From contig JAWLHR010000002.1 in the NCBI GenBank assembly GCA_041690295.1, positions 128,001 to 192,000 on the forward strand: a stretch of 64,000 bases of DNA, read 5' to 3'. The notes beneath the pieces were generated by a model. The model searched no databases and was not told the origin of the DNA. It was given only the letters and a program-made list of their open reading frames with translations. Below, piece after piece: positions 9,178 to 19,119 of the stretch. The position numbers and the translations under genes were made by a program. Numbering within the stretch: position 1 is the stretch's first letter; every line of letters begins with the position of its first letter. The stretch comes from Bdellovibrionales bacterium. Its GTDB lineage: Bacteria > Bdellovibrionota > Bdellovibrionia > Bdellovibrionales > UBA1609.

Positions 9178-9386
9178 GGCTCATATTCGCACTTCCGAAT
9201 CGGAAGTGAGTAAGAGTAATTCTCACTCGAATCGGAAGTACGGGTGCATCGGCAAGGTAATTACCAATACCAATGCGCGGCTCATGCACTTCCGAACTGA
9301 AAGCACGGGTGCATCGGCAAGTTAGCTGCGAATTGAACTCGAATTGGGGCGCGACTCACGCCTTCCTCACTTCCGAATCGGAAGTT
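9178..9386. repeat. Cluster of four related palindromic units upstream of the HNH gene
   Basis: Perfect ACTTCCGAATCGGAAGT at 9191 and 9369, degenerate copies at 9224 and 9287. Direct repeat ACGGGTGCATCGGCAAG at 9240 and 9305. Confidence 0.9.
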
Positions 9387-9508
9387 CTGTCGCCTCATTC
9401 TTCAAAAAGCCGAAGCGGAAACCCATGCGCGTTGATCTTAATCCAAGAGATGCCAGCAAACGGAAGGAGGACCACCGAAACCACAAGCAAAAAAATGCTC
9501 TCGAAACC

Positions 9509-10285
9509 TTATCCCGCCTTCCGCAAGCGCTTGCGGAACCGGTGATCCACGGGCGTGGTCAGGGAATGCGCGCCGATCTTGTACTCGTTCTTGCGATACT
9601 TCTCGCGCAGGCGAACGATTAAGTTCAAACAAAACACCAAACTCACCGCCAACGGATCGAACACCGAAACAAACAACACGATCAACCACTTGACGGCGCG
9701 GTCCGGGTCCACATCGAAGGCGCGGGCGATGTACATCACCGGACCGACCTTGGCGTTCAAACCGATCATCGACTGGCGCTTCAATTCCACTTCGTGCAAA
9801 ATCGCATCAGAGCGTGCATGCAGCTCATCGATCTTGGGCTGGTATTCCTTCTGAAACTCAAACTTGCGGGAAATCCGTGAAGGCGGAATCTGATCGATGA
9901 ACCGCCGGTACTCAGCCGCCTGAGCCAGAACTCGATCGTTTTCACGCAGTAAAGCTTCGATTTCCATTCGGCGTAAATGCAGGTCACCCGCCGCCACGTC
10001 ATAGGCGTGGGATAAATAGCCGAAGATCCCTATGCTCGTGATGGCCATGAGAACCACCACCGAAAAAATCAAATAACTCCGCAGGGGCCGGTGGATATGA
10101 CCCCAATAACGATACACGAAGCCCACAATAATGAATTTACTCAACTCCAGCGCGCCCGCCATGACCGCCACGGACTTGGGCGCGCCACCGAAGAGCTGGG
10201 CCAATCCGGTGATCGAAAATAAGGCGCCCGTGATTGAGACGATCACCGTGGCGACTAATAGCAGCACCAAATAAACAACACTCAT
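9509..10285 (-). CDS. Membrane protein (3 N-terminal TMs, coiled coil, C-terminal TM)
   Basis: Hydrophobic segments, with GALELSK, ITSIGIFGYLS, VGPVMYIA and VFDPLAV motifs. Confidence 0.8.
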   Translation of the reverse strand: MSVVYLVLLLVATVIVSITGALFSITGLAQLFGGAPKSVAVMAGALELSKFIIVGFVYRYWGHIHRPLRSYLIFSVVVLMAITSIGIFGYLSHAYDVAAGDLHLRRMEIEALLRENDRVLAQAAEYRRFIDQIPPSRISRKFEFQKEYQPKIDELHARSDAILHEVELKRQSMIGLNAKVGPVMYIARAFDVDPDRAVKWLIVLFVSVFDPLAVSLVFCLNLIVRLREKYRKNEYKIGAHSLTTPVDHRFRKRLRKAG

Positions 10286-10341
10286 GCACTATATTGATCG
10301 GCCCATCTCGGCTCGAAATAAAGCCAGGCTAAGGTCCTGGA

Positions 10342-11862
10342 TTATTGAGTGGTGATGCCCATGCACGTCGGCTCACCAGTGAAATCAGCGAACACGATCG
10401 GCGAAATGCCTAGGTGATCGACGGTTCGAGAAACCGCGACGATCTGGTTCTGCCACGGGTCCGAGTGGGCCGTAGAAGGCCTGAGATAAAGGCATCTCTC
10501 CTGGTCTGTGATTCTGCCCTTTACGAAGTCCCAAGTGGAGCCTTCCGGTTTTTTAATTTCAACTTTGGCGACAACATTTTGGAATATGAAAACGCCAGCA
10601 AAATTCAAGCGCAGACTGGGATCACGAGCTTTGTTAAAATTGGGAGACGGATTGAACTCGAAAATAATCATGGATTGACGATCTCCGATTTTTTTCTCGT
10701 GTTTGAAATCCAATTCGGCGAACGTAACCATGAAGTAGTCGCGATTTAAATCGCGCGCGGAAGAAATAGTCACTTTGTCGGGTGTGTGGGCGGCGAACAC
10801 TTTTGTTTGACCACCCGCTCGCAGCGCGATTTTCAGTTTCTTCATAGGATATTCGTCTACGATTTCGAATTGCGCCTCACAATCCGCGATCTTTTCGCCC
10901 GTGGGCGTTCGGCACACGTCAACCTTGCGGCCGAGGCTTTCCTCAACCGTGAGAAGCTTTAAGAAATCGGCGAGAGGCATCTCTTTAATCGAGTCGAAGC
11001 CTTCGGGAACGGTGCTTTGCTCATTATCCAAGAATCTTTTGTCGAAATTGTTATAACGAAGGAGATCATCGAACTCCCGCCAGGTCATCGTGCGCCCACG
11101 TTCGAACAGAATGTCGGTGACACGTCGAATGGCGAAGTAATCTTGCCGGTTCAGCGGGCGTCGCGGTTCGGCTTTAAGCACAACGTCCATGTGGTTGAGT
11201 TCCCCGTCCGCGAAGTCAATTTTGGCTTTCGGATCCACCTGTTTGAACCGCCGCAGGATATCCGAGAATTTTTCGAATCGCAGGAGATAAAGTTGCATCA
11301 CGATTTCATGCAGGATGAGACGGGCGAATTCGCGGTCGTTGGTGTTATCGGTCTTCTTGGAGTCAATCCAAATTTCTTCGCGATCCTGACAGGCGAGTTG
11401 TTCCACGCCGTTTCCGGCGAAGCTTACGCCCAAGGTGTCTTTGTCCACGCAACTCATGTTCAAGGGGATTAGGTACCAGCGCTTTAATTTCAGCCAGATG
11501 CCGAGGTCATTCATGCTATCGTTTTCCGACGATTCCTCGGCTTTCTCTGACTTATTCAAATTGTCGATGATCGGCTGAATGTACTCCTTAAAACCCCGGA
11601 GCTGGGTGGGGTCCACGATGTAGGATTCGAACGGCTGACCAAGGACTCCATTGCCGCCACCACCATCGGTTGTGCCCTGAAATTTCCCGTTGCCTCCTGG
11701 ATTCGGCGACTGACCGCCTGGGCCATGGGCGTCCTCTATGGCCGGAGCGACACCCTTCACTTGGCGGCGGTTGTCCCGGTGACAGGCGCCGATAAAGGTC
11801 ACCATCGCCAATAAAAGGCAAAACAGCGTCCGGCTTGAGAGGTTAATCGCTTGTAAAACCAT
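10342..11862 (-). CDS. Hypothetical lipoprotein
   Basis: Lipobox FIGAC, G-rich linker with GGGGNG, LILHE motif, RBS AAGGAG. Confidence 0.75.
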   Translation of the reverse strand: MVLQAINLSSRTLFCLLLAMVTFIGACHRDNRRQVKGVAPAIEDAHGPGGQSPNPGGNGKFQGTTDGGGGNGVLGQPFESYIVDPTQLRGFKEYIQPIIDNLNKSEKAEESSENDSMNDLGIWLKLKRWYLIPLNMSCVDKDTLGVSFAGNGVEQLACQDREEIWIDSKKTDNTNDREFARLILHEIVMQLYLLRFEKFSDILRRFKQVDPKAKIDFADGELNHMDVVLKAEPRRPLNRQDYFAIRRVTDILFERGRTMTWREFDDLLRYNNFDKRFLDNEQSTVPEGFDSIKEMPLADFLKLLTVEESLGRKVDVCRTPTGEKIADCEAQFEIVDEYPMKKLKIALRAGGQTKVFAAHTPDKVTISSARDLNRDYFMVTFAELDFKHEKKIGDRQSMIIFEFNPSPNFNKARDPSLRLNFAGVFIFQNVVAKVEIKKPEGSTWDFVKGRITDQERCLYLRPSTAHSDPWQNQIVAVSRTVDHLGISPIVFADFTGEPTCMGITTQ

Positions 11863-11887
11863 GGCGGGTTTCTCCTTTCAAATTCCG

Positions 11888-11937
11888 TGCAAAACTGACC
11901 GGTCCGGAGCGTGAGGCGCCGGACCGGCGGTTTTGCA
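11888..11937 (-). terminator. Long hairpin just after the stop of the 11941 gene
   Basis: TGCAAAAC..CCGGTCCGG...CCGGACCGG..GTTTTGCA inverted repeat. Confidence 0.5.
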
Positions 11938-11940
11938 ACC

Positions 11941-12348
11941 TTAGAAGCGGAAGCATGAGACCGAGACTTTATTGGGCTCGGAAATCAAGGTCAAAGCTCT
12001 AGAGCCCCACGCGGTCGAATGGGATTGCAGAAGCTCGTCCAAGTTGCTGGCCGTCACCTTGCCGATCGAAACGATCAATTGTTGCGGGTCGTTCTCGGGC
12101 TTTGACGTGTAAACCAAGGTGGCGCCGTCGATGGCTTTCCAGTCTTGATAGGCCATGTCGTCGAACTTCTTCAGGGTCACCTTCTTGCCTTGGATGATAA
12201 TCGCCTGACCGGTCACATCCTGAGCGGACATGACTTCCTGATCATATGAACCCTTCTCGTTGGGGTTCTCACCGTAAACGGCGCACATGATTTTCGCATT
12301 GGCGTTCAATCCGGCGATCATGAGAGCGGCTAAGACTAACTTTTTCAT
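11941..12348 (-). CDS. Small secreted hypothetical protein
   Basis: AAGGAG RBS followed by the signal peptide MKKLVLAALMIAGLNANA. Confidence 0.8.
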   Translation of the reverse strand: MKKLVLAALMIAGLNANAKIMCAVYGENPNEKGSYDQEVMSAQDVTGQAIIIQGKKVTLKKFDDMAYQDWKAIDGATLVYTSKPENDPQQLIVSIGKVTASNLDELLQSHSTAWGSRALTLISEPNKVSVSCFRF

Positions 12349-12455
12349 TTTCTTCTCCTTTGTTTTTGTTCGCGGCTTCATGCCGCGAGTTCGAAGCCAA
12401 TATACCGGCTCGACCTTCGTCGAAATAGATGGAGTTTAGTAAAAAGTAATGAAGA

Positions 12456-12476
12456 ACTTTTACCGATAGTAAAAGT
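12456..12476. promoter_or_regulatory. Inverted repeat abutting a start codon (candidate operator)
   Basis: ACTTTTAC-cgata-GTAAAAGT lies immediately before ATG 12477. Confidence 0.45.
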
Positions 12477-13277
12477 ATGGTTTCGGTTTTCGACTTCCAT
12501 GATTACCGGGAATTCTTAAGCGAATGGATTAAATCCGCGAAAATTCGAGGGGTTAAGTCTCGCTTGGCCGCCGCCGCCCAAGTCAGTCCGGCGATGATGA
12601 GTCTGATCTTCAAAGGCGAAAAACAAATGTCCATGGAACAAGCGGCTGAGGTGGCGGAGTTCCTTAATCTCAACGACTCGGAAACAGATTATTTCTTACT
12701 CTTAGTGGAACTGGGGCGCGCGGGCTCGTTTAAGCTCGAACAAAAGCTCAAGCGCAAAATGCGCGAGATGCAGAAGGAGGCGAGAAAAATCGCCAAACGC
12801 GTGCGCAAGGATCGTGATCTCTCCGACGAAGAAAAGGCGATTTATTACTCGAATTGGCTTTACACGGCCGTCCGCAATCTCTGCGCCATCGAGGAGTACG
12901 CGAATGTTCATCAAGTGTCGGCGCGCCTGGGATTGCCGGAATCACAAGTGGTGCGTGTGGTGGATTTTCTCCTCGAGCACGGGCTCTTGAAGAACGAAAA
13001 AAATCGTCTGACCTACGGCCCCGCGCACCTTCATATCAGTTCCGATTCGCCGTTCGTGAGTCGTCACCATCAGAACTGGCGGCTTCAAGGATTCAAACAC
13101 ATGGACCAACTCACGGAGAGCAATCTCTTCTATACCTGTCCGATGTCGCTTTCCAACGAGGCGGTCGAGAAGGTGAGAAAGCTTTTGCCCACCGTCATCG
13201 ATCAGGTTTTGAAGATCGTCGGCCCCTCCAAATCGGAGCGCGCGTTTTGCTTTAATATTGATTGGTTTGAGTATTGA
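12477..13277 (+). CDS. TIGR02147/DUF4423 family protein with an N-terminal HTH
   Basis: FDFHDYREFL start, HTH-like SRLAAAAQVSPAMMSLIFKGEK, YYSNWLY, HHQNWR, C-terminal FNIDWFEY. Confidence 0.85.
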   Translation: MVSVFDFHDYREFLSEWIKSAKIRGVKSRLAAAAQVSPAMMSLIFKGEKQMSMEQAAEVAEFLNLNDSETDYFLLLVELGRAGSFKLEQKLKRKMREMQKEARKIAKRVRKDRDLSDEEKAIYYSNWLYTAVRNLCAIEEYANVHQVSARLGLPESQVVRVVDFLLEHGLLKNEKNRLTYGPAHLHISSDSPFVSRHHQNWRLQGFKHMDQLTESNLFYTCPMSLSNEAVEKVRKLLPTVIDQVLKIVGPSKSERAFCFNIDWFEY

Positions 13278-13287
13278 TCACATCATA

Positions 13288-13304
13288 ACTTCCGATTCGG
13301 AAGT
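13288..13304. repeat. Palindrome ACTTCCGATTCGGAAGT between convergent genes
   Basis: Perfect copy in the 32-bp gap between the stops at 13277 and 13310. Confidence 0.95.
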
Positions 13305-13309
13305 CGCTA

Positions 13310-14059
13310 TCACCCGCTCCGCCGCGAATCCAGCCAATCGCCATGAAAGCCCATTCCGATCGTCGGCAAATCCGTGGGCGTCGGCGCCCGGCCCGAATGA
13401 ACGGAATTCACGAACACGATTCGCACATTCGGGACCGCCGCGCGCACTTCGTTGATGATCACCGGCTCGTTCTCAAAAAACCAGATATGATCGAACTTCG
13501 GCGCAAGGCTTTTTAACGTCGTGGTTTTGTAATGCTCATCTGTTTCCACTTCGAGCGGTTTCATGAGAAGTCGCGAATCGGAAACCAGAGGAAAGCCGAA
13601 CTTCGCCAGGGACGACAAAGTTCCCGAACGCATCAAAGTTTCGGGTCGACCCGTCAGGTAAAAAACGTCGGCTCCCAATTCGTGCAAATGCCGAACATAC
13701 TCATTGGCCGCCGGGTAAATCTGATCGTGATCGAGAAAATGACTGCTGAAAAACCGACTGCGCCAGTAATCGCGAACCTGCTTAAAAAATTCCTGGGGTC
13801 CCTCGGGATGGTAACGCTGCATCAGCGAGCGCAGTCCCCAATCCGTCGGTAACACTTCCACTTCCGCGAGTACCGCGGCCTGCTTCTCAAATTGCGCTTG
13901 AAATTTGGGATCGCGGCCCAGCGAGCGAAGGATCGCTTGCGTGCGAAAACTCACACAAAACAAAGTCGAGTCCAAGTCAAAAAAGACTCCCACCCGAGAG
14001 TTTCGCGCGTGTATCCGCACGAACTCACTCACCATTTTTAGTGCATCAGTTTGAGACAT
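13310..14059 (-). CDS. HAD-superfamily phosphatase
   Basis: FFDLDSTLF (motif I) and YLTGR (motif II). Confidence 0.8.
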   Translation of the reverse strand: MSQTDALKMVSEFVRIHARNSRVGVFFDLDSTLFCVSFRTQAILRSLGRDPKFQAQFEKQAAVLAEVEVLPTDWGLRSLMQRYHPEGPQEFFKQVRDYWRSRFFSSHFLDHDQIYPAANEYVRHLHELGADVFYLTGRPETLMRSGTLSSLAKFGFPLVSDSRLLMKPLEVETDEHYKTTTLKSLAPKFDHIWFFENEPVIINEVRAAVPNVRIVFVNSVHSGRAPTPTDLPTIGMGFHGDWLDSRRSG

Positions 14060-14248
14060 CCCGGCGTAAGTTTACGAAAATCGTCAAACCCTTGCAAACC
14101 GCACTGAAGCGCACTTTGACAGTTTTCGTGAACTTTCCAAAAACTGCCTCAAGATCTGACATCCAGCTGTAATCGTTAGCGTTTTCAGGGCATTGGCCTT
14201 GAGACGAGGCCCCGCCCGTCCGAGAAGGAGGGGCAGAAGGGGAGCGGT

Positions 14249-15058
14249 ATGAAATATAAAGTATCCCGCCAGGGTGAAGAACTGGGCTCATTCGATTTGG
14301 ATCAAATCGCCACGATGATTCGCGCGCGGGAAATCGAGCTTTTCGATTACATCTTCGATGAAGACAAAAACGACTGGATTCTCCTCATGGAGCATCCGGG
14401 TGTAACGGCGAAACTGAAAAGCAACAAGCCCGGCAAACCGCCGAAAAAAGAAACCACCGCTGAACCGCGGAAGTCCACCACGGAAACCGTGGTCACAGCC
14501 GAGGCTCCGGTTCAGCAGGCTGCCGCCGGTGGTGAATGGTTCGTGTTGAAAGGCGAGCACCGCTTTGGACCTTTTGAATTCGCTGAACTGATTCGCATGC
14601 TTCAGCAAAAAGTGGTTTACCCGTTTGATTTCGTTTGGCACGCCGGACTCAGCGATTGGAAACGTCTCGCCGAACTCCCGGAATTCCAGCCGGACGCCAT
14701 TCGCGGCTTGATGGCGGGCAAAGACAAAAAAACCTCGGAAGTGTTCGTGCCCCGCAAGCACAAGCGCAAAAAACACAACACCCGCGTGATCATTCACGAC
14801 AATCTCTCGTTGTGGAAAGGACAAAGCTTCGAAGTTTCCAAGGGCGGCCTTGGAGTCACGCTGACCAACGCCTTGGTGGTTCCCGGTCAACAGGTGTTTC
14901 TGCACTTCTCCGGCGGCGAAGGTTGGCCGACGTTCAATGCGGTCTGTGAGGTCGTCAGCAAGACCTACGTTGATAAGAATGCTCCTGTTCAATACGGTCT
15001 AAAGTTTTTGAGCGTCAGCCAGGAAGCCCTGGCTGAATTCCAGAAGAAGGTGAGTTGA
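14249..15058 (+). CDS. GYF_2 (x2)-PilZ domain protein
   Basis: Two GYF-like repeats (GEELGSF; WFVLKGEHRFGPF...FVWHAGLSDWKRL). PilZ motifs RKHKR, EVSKGG and YGLKF. Confidence 0.8.
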   Translation: MKYKVSRQGEELGSFDLDQIATMIRAREIELFDYIFDEDKNDWILLMEHPGVTAKLKSNKPGKPPKKETTAEPRKSTTETVVTAEAPVQQAAAGGEWFVLKGEHRFGPFEFAELIRMLQQKVVYPFDFVWHAGLSDWKRLAELPEFQPDAIRGLMAGKDKKTSEVFVPRKHKRKKHNTRVIIHDNLSLWKGQSFEVSKGGLGVTLTNALVVPGQQVFLHFSGGEGWPTFNAVCEVVSKTYVDKNAPVQYGLKFLSVSQEALAEFQKKVS

Positions 15059-18042
15059 TCGTGAAACCGGCGCTGACTTCGATTCTCATTCAGATCCTGC
15101 TCGTCGGATCGATGGCTTTATCGGTCACGGCTGAAGCGCGCGCCAAAAAAGACACCAAAAAGGTGGAGCCGCTTTCGGATTTGAAACTGGTCGAGGGCGA
15201 TGAAAAAGGCAACGAAGTGCGCTCGCTGAAAACCGAGCTGCTCGTGGCCAGCGCCGAAAAGAAAGCCATCGAGCAAGCCCACCGTTTAATCCGTAAATAT
15301 CGCGGAATGCCGATGGAAGCCGAGCTTCATTTCCGATTGGCCGAACTTTACATGCGTAAGGCGAAAACCGATCGGTTCTTTGAGATTCATCGTCACTCGG
15401 AAACCGTGGTGAAGTTCGCTCCGCGGTTGGCGCGTTCAGCCTCATCCAAGGCCACGATCCGCGACGCGATTTCGCGTTATGCGATGATTCAAAAGCGTTT
15501 TCCCGGATTCGAGCAGATGGACTTGGTGATTTTCAATCAGGCCTTCGCGTATCAGACCCTGGGTGACGACTCCAAAGCCGAGCCGCTTTATCGCCATCTG
15601 GTTAAGAAATACCCCGATTCCCTCCTTGTTCCCGATTCTTATCTGGCGCTTGGTGAAATAGAATTTAACCGCAACCGTTTCTCGGTGGCCTTGGAGCATT
15701 TCAACGCCATCCGGAAATATCCCGACAGCCGCGTTTATCCTTATGGTTTATATAAAGCCGCGTGGACACATTATAATCTGAGGGATGCGCTCAAAGGGTT
15801 AAAAACCCTTGAAGAGGTTGTGGCCTACGGCAAAATGGTCGCGGAAAAAGGCATCGACGCGCGATTGGATCTTCGCAAAGAAGCTTTGGAAGATATGACG
15901 CTCTTTTTCGAGGAAGTCTATCCTTCGAAGAACGCGTACTCTTATTTTCTCAAGCAAGCGGGCAAAACGGAAGTGGGGCCGATCCTCTTGCGTCTCGCCT
16001 CGCTTTATGAACGCCATTCGCGATTCAGTGATCAAAGAATCGTTTTGGATCAATTCATCGACGACCTTCCGCACTCGCCGCTTTTGCCGCAGGTTCATAA
16101 TGATCTCGTCTCCGCGCACGATCATATGCGCGAGAAACCCAAGGCCGTCGCGCGAATGGAAGACTTTTACCGTCTTTGCCAAAAAGACGCCCGTTGGGTG
16201 AAGAGCCAAGGTAAGACCGACCAAGAACGCGTCAAGGCGGCCGAGGAATGTATCACCTCGCTCAATACACTGGCTCTGCGTCTGGCGAGAAAATGGCTTT
16301 CGGCGTGGAAGAAGATCCCGGCCGATACAACCTACGCGGACTCCTCCGAACAGGCCTTTGAAATCTATCTACGCACTCCCGCGACCACTGAAGAATACGC
16401 GACCTCGCGTTTCGCTTATGCCGAACTTCTTTTCGCGCGTAAGAAATTCCGCAAGGCTTCGGATGAGTACGCCAAGGTCACCGAACATGGTAAAGCGCCG
16501 AAGCTCAATCATGACGCGTCCTACGCCGCGGTGCTGAGTTTGGAAAAAGCCGTGGGTGACAAGTGGAGCGCGGAGGATGAAGCGCGATTCCATGATCTGG
16601 CCAAACGCTACGTGACTCAGAATCCTAAAGGGAAATACCGTCTTGATGTCGAATATAAGATGGCGCTCCTGGCTTATGAGAAAAACCGCTACGATGAAGC
16701 CGCGCCCATCTTCCTCAAGCTCGGCTCCGAGTTCGCCGGCCAGGAAAAAGGACTTAAATCCCAGGATCTGTACCTCGATATCCTTAATATAAAGAAGGAT
16801 TATCAGGGCATCCGCGATTACACCAAAAATCTTCTGAAGTCGGCGAAAAACGGTGATCGCCAGCAGAAACTGAGAAAGCTCACCGAACAGGCGCACTTCC
16901 TCCAGGTGCAAGGACTTGAGGAAAAAGGTCAGCTTAAAGAAGCTTTAAATGAGTACCAGGCCTTCACCAAGCAACATCCCAAATCCGAACTTCTCGAGCC
17001 GGCCATTTGGAACACCATGCAGTTGCAGTTCAAGTTGAATGAAATCCGGGCTGGATCGGAAACCGCGGTTGAATATGCCACCAAGTTTCCCAAGGCCAAG
17101 AACGTGACGGAAGCTCTCCTGAAGGCGGCGCAATCCTTCGAAACCATGGGGCAACTCAAGCGGGCGGCGCAGGTTCTCGAAATGTTGGCCGCCAAGGATG
17201 AAAAATCAGCTCGCAAGTGGAAAGAGTTGGCGGCGGATTTTTACGCGCTCGACGGCCAACCGGATTCGGCCCGCAAGATATATACCTCTTTGAATAAAGA
17301 AAAAATCGGCTCTGATTTACGCGTGAGTTTGATGACCAAATTGGATGCGCTGGAAAAATCCTATGGTGATAGCAGATCGCAGGCCGCCATCCAGAGACAA
17401 ATCATTGAAATGAACATCCAGCCCCAGGCGGGACTGGCCAAGGTGGCCCGGGTGGAAAGTCTTTTTGAACAAGGTAAATACGCCGACGCCTTCAATGAGG
17501 CTCGCCAAAACCTAAGCTCCAAGCAATTGAACGCCCATCACAAGGCGCGTTTGCGCCTGGTTCAGGCCAAGGTACTCGAAAAAGAATTCATGGATCAAAG
17601 CGTGAAGGCCCGGGCCGAAAAAGTGGTCACCGTGCTGGCGATCAAGACCGAAAAACTGCAGAAGGCGCAAGAGGCCCTGCAATCGGCGATCAAGTTCGGC
17701 GACCCCAAAGTTTCCATGGATGCCTTCGAGCGGCTCTACCGCATCTATCATCATTACGTGAAAGCACTGAAAGAGATGCCGACGCCCACCGGACTTAGCG
17801 CCGAGGACGCTCAGGCGTTTCGCACCGAGATCGACAACCTGGTGATTCCGCTTGAAGAAAAAAGCGTCGAAACTTTGGCGCAGGCGTTTGAGTTCGCCCG
17901 TAAGAATTCGGTTTTGGATGATACGGCTATGCGGCTCGAGCGTGAATTGGATCAAGTGAATCATCAGACACCGACGAATTATACGATGCCGTTGTCGCAA
18001 CCTGAAATCATGTTGCCGGTCGTGGCGGGAGTTGGATCATGA
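15055..18042 (+). CDS. Large periplasmic TPR protein, GltD/AgmU-like
   Basis: Signal peptide and about 1000 aa of TPR-like repeats (FRLAELY, YKAAWTHYNL); lies in a gliding-type cluster. Confidence 0.75.
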   Translation: MIVKPALTSILIQILLVGSMALSVTAEARAKKDTKKVEPLSDLKLVEGDEKGNEVRSLKTELLVASAEKKAIEQAHRLIRKYRGMPMEAELHFRLAELYMRKAKTDRFFEIHRHSETVVKFAPRLARSASSKATIRDAISRYAMIQKRFPGFEQMDLVIFNQAFAYQTLGDDSKAEPLYRHLVKKYPDSLLVPDSYLALGEIEFNRNRFSVALEHFNAIRKYPDSRVYPYGLYKAAWTHYNLRDALKGLKTLEEVVAYGKMVAEKGIDARLDLRKEALEDMTLFFEEVYPSKNAYSYFLKQAGKTEVGPILLRLASLYERHSRFSDQRIVLDQFIDDLPHSPLLPQVHNDLVSAHDHMREKPKAVARMEDFYRLCQKDARWVKSQGKTDQERVKAAEECITSLNTLALRLARKWLSAWKKIPADTTYADSSEQAFEIYLRTPATTEEYATSRFAYAELLFARKKFRKASDEYAKVTEHGKAPKLNHDASYAAVLSLEKAVGDKWSAEDEARFHDLAKRYVTQNPKGKYRLDVEYKMALLAYEKNRYDEAAPIFLKLGSEFAGQEKGLKSQDLYLDILNIKKDYQGIRDYTKNLLKSAKNGDRQQKLRKLTEQAHFLQVQGLEEKGQLKEALNEYQAFTKQHPKSELLEPAIWNTMQLQFKLNEIRAGSETAVEYATKFPKAKNVTEALLKAAQSFETMGQLKRAAQVLEMLAAKDEKSARKWKELAADFYALDGQPDSARKIYTSLNKEKIGSDLRVSLMTKLDALEKSYGDSRSQAAIQRQIIEMNIQPQAGLAKVARVESLFEQGKYADAFNEARQNLSSKQLNAHHKARLRLVQAKVLEKEFMDQSVKARAEKVVTVLAIKTEKLQKAQEALQSAIKFGDPKVSMDAFERLYRIYHHYVKALKEMPTPTGLSAEDAQAFRTEIDNLVIPLEEKSVETLAQAFEFARKNSVLDDTAMRLERELDQVNHQTPTNYTMPLSQPEIMLPVVAGVGS

Positions 18043-18860
18043 AGCGATTGAGTTGGATCGCGATTTCCATTTTAGTCACCGGTTGCGCCTCGCAATCGAT
18101 GAAATCGGCGAAGTCCACGGGTTCGGACCACGTCAAGCCGAGCTATGACGAAAAAGCGGGCGTGGTCGAAGCCGATGCCGTGAAACCGCGAGCCTGCCCG
18201 GCGGACGGCGCGTGGGAAAAGGTTGAATGGCGCAAGGTCATTCCCATGGCCAATGCCTGTGTCAGCGCGAAAGACTGGCGCAAGGTGGAACTGATCGGCC
18301 GCCATCTGGGGCAAAATGCTCCGCTCACGCCTTGGGGAGCTTATTACATGAGTCTCGCGGCCAACGCGCGCAAAGATTATCCGCGGGCGGTGTGGATGAT
18401 CCAATTGGCTTTGAAAAAGGCGCCGAAAGAGGGGCTCTTCAATTATCAGCTCGGCCGGTTGCATTGGGAAATGGAAGACGACGTGGCGGCTCTGCAGGAG
18501 TTGGAAAAAGCCATTGAACTGAATCCCAAACTGACGGACGCCCAATGGATCATCGGTCAGATCGCCTTGAAACGCGGTGATCACAAGAAGGCCGAACGGC
18601 ATTTGACGATGGCGCTTGAACAGAATTCGAAGCATGCCCAAGCTCTTCTGGCCATGGCCTCATTGCGGGCCAAACAGAAGAACTGGGTGGATGCGGAATC
18701 TTTTTTAACTCGAGCCCAGAGGGTTCACCCGCGCGATGCGAACATCCAAGCGGCGCTGAATCATGTGAGGGAAAATCGAGCCAAGATGAAGGCGGCGGAG
18801 GCGCCGGTTAAAACGGTGTCCACGCGCGCACCCACGGGCGAGGGAAAGGTGGCGGATTAA
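18039..18860 (+). CDS. TPR lipoprotein, GltE/AglT-like
   Basis: Lipobox LVTGC and TPR repeats; cluster position. Confidence 0.7.
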   Translation: MKRLSWIAISILVTGCASQSMKSAKSTGSDHVKPSYDEKAGVVEADAVKPRACPADGAWEKVEWRKVIPMANACVSAKDWRKVELIGRHLGQNAPLTPWGAYYMSLAANARKDYPRAVWMIQLALKKAPKEGLFNYQLGRLHWEMEDDVAALQELEKAIELNPKLTDAQWIIGQIALKRGDHKKAERHLTMALEQNSKHAQALLAMASLRAKQKNWVDAESFLTRAQRVHPRDANIQAALNHVRENRAKMKAAEAPVKTVSTRAPTGEGKVAD

Positions 18861-19114
18861 TGAAATACCTGATCTGTTTAATCATCGCTTTCGTCGCGAT
18901 CGCGGCGCAGGCGCAGGCGAAAAAAGGCAAGAAGAAAGTCGAGTACCGCAAAACTCAGGAAGTGAACTTCGATGCGGCGGATATCGACGGGCAAGTCCGC
19001 TCTCCCGACGGCGCTTATCTTTTGCAAAAGCGCGGAGTGCGGTTCATGCCGATTTATAAAGTGAACAATCAATTTGAGAAAAACATTCTCGAGTCGGTGG
19101 AATATCTGAGGTAG
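18860..19114 (+). CDS. Small secreted protein, GltF-like
   Basis: Signal peptide and a NFDAADIDGQVRSPDG motif resembling GltF; cluster position. Confidence 0.7.
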   Translation: MKYLICLIIAFVAIAAQAQAKKGKKKVEYRKTQEVNFDAADIDGQVRSPDGAYLLQKRGVRFMPIYKVNNQFEKNILESVEYLR

Positions 19115-19119
19115 TTTGA

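Noticed and set aside
9178..9386. CRISPR array upstream of the HNH gene
   Set aside because: The spacing is irregular, and the intervening sequences are related to each other rather than unique.
9095..9689. Short ORFs containing TSESEV
   Set aside because: They are by-products of the palindrome and have no RBS or domain support.
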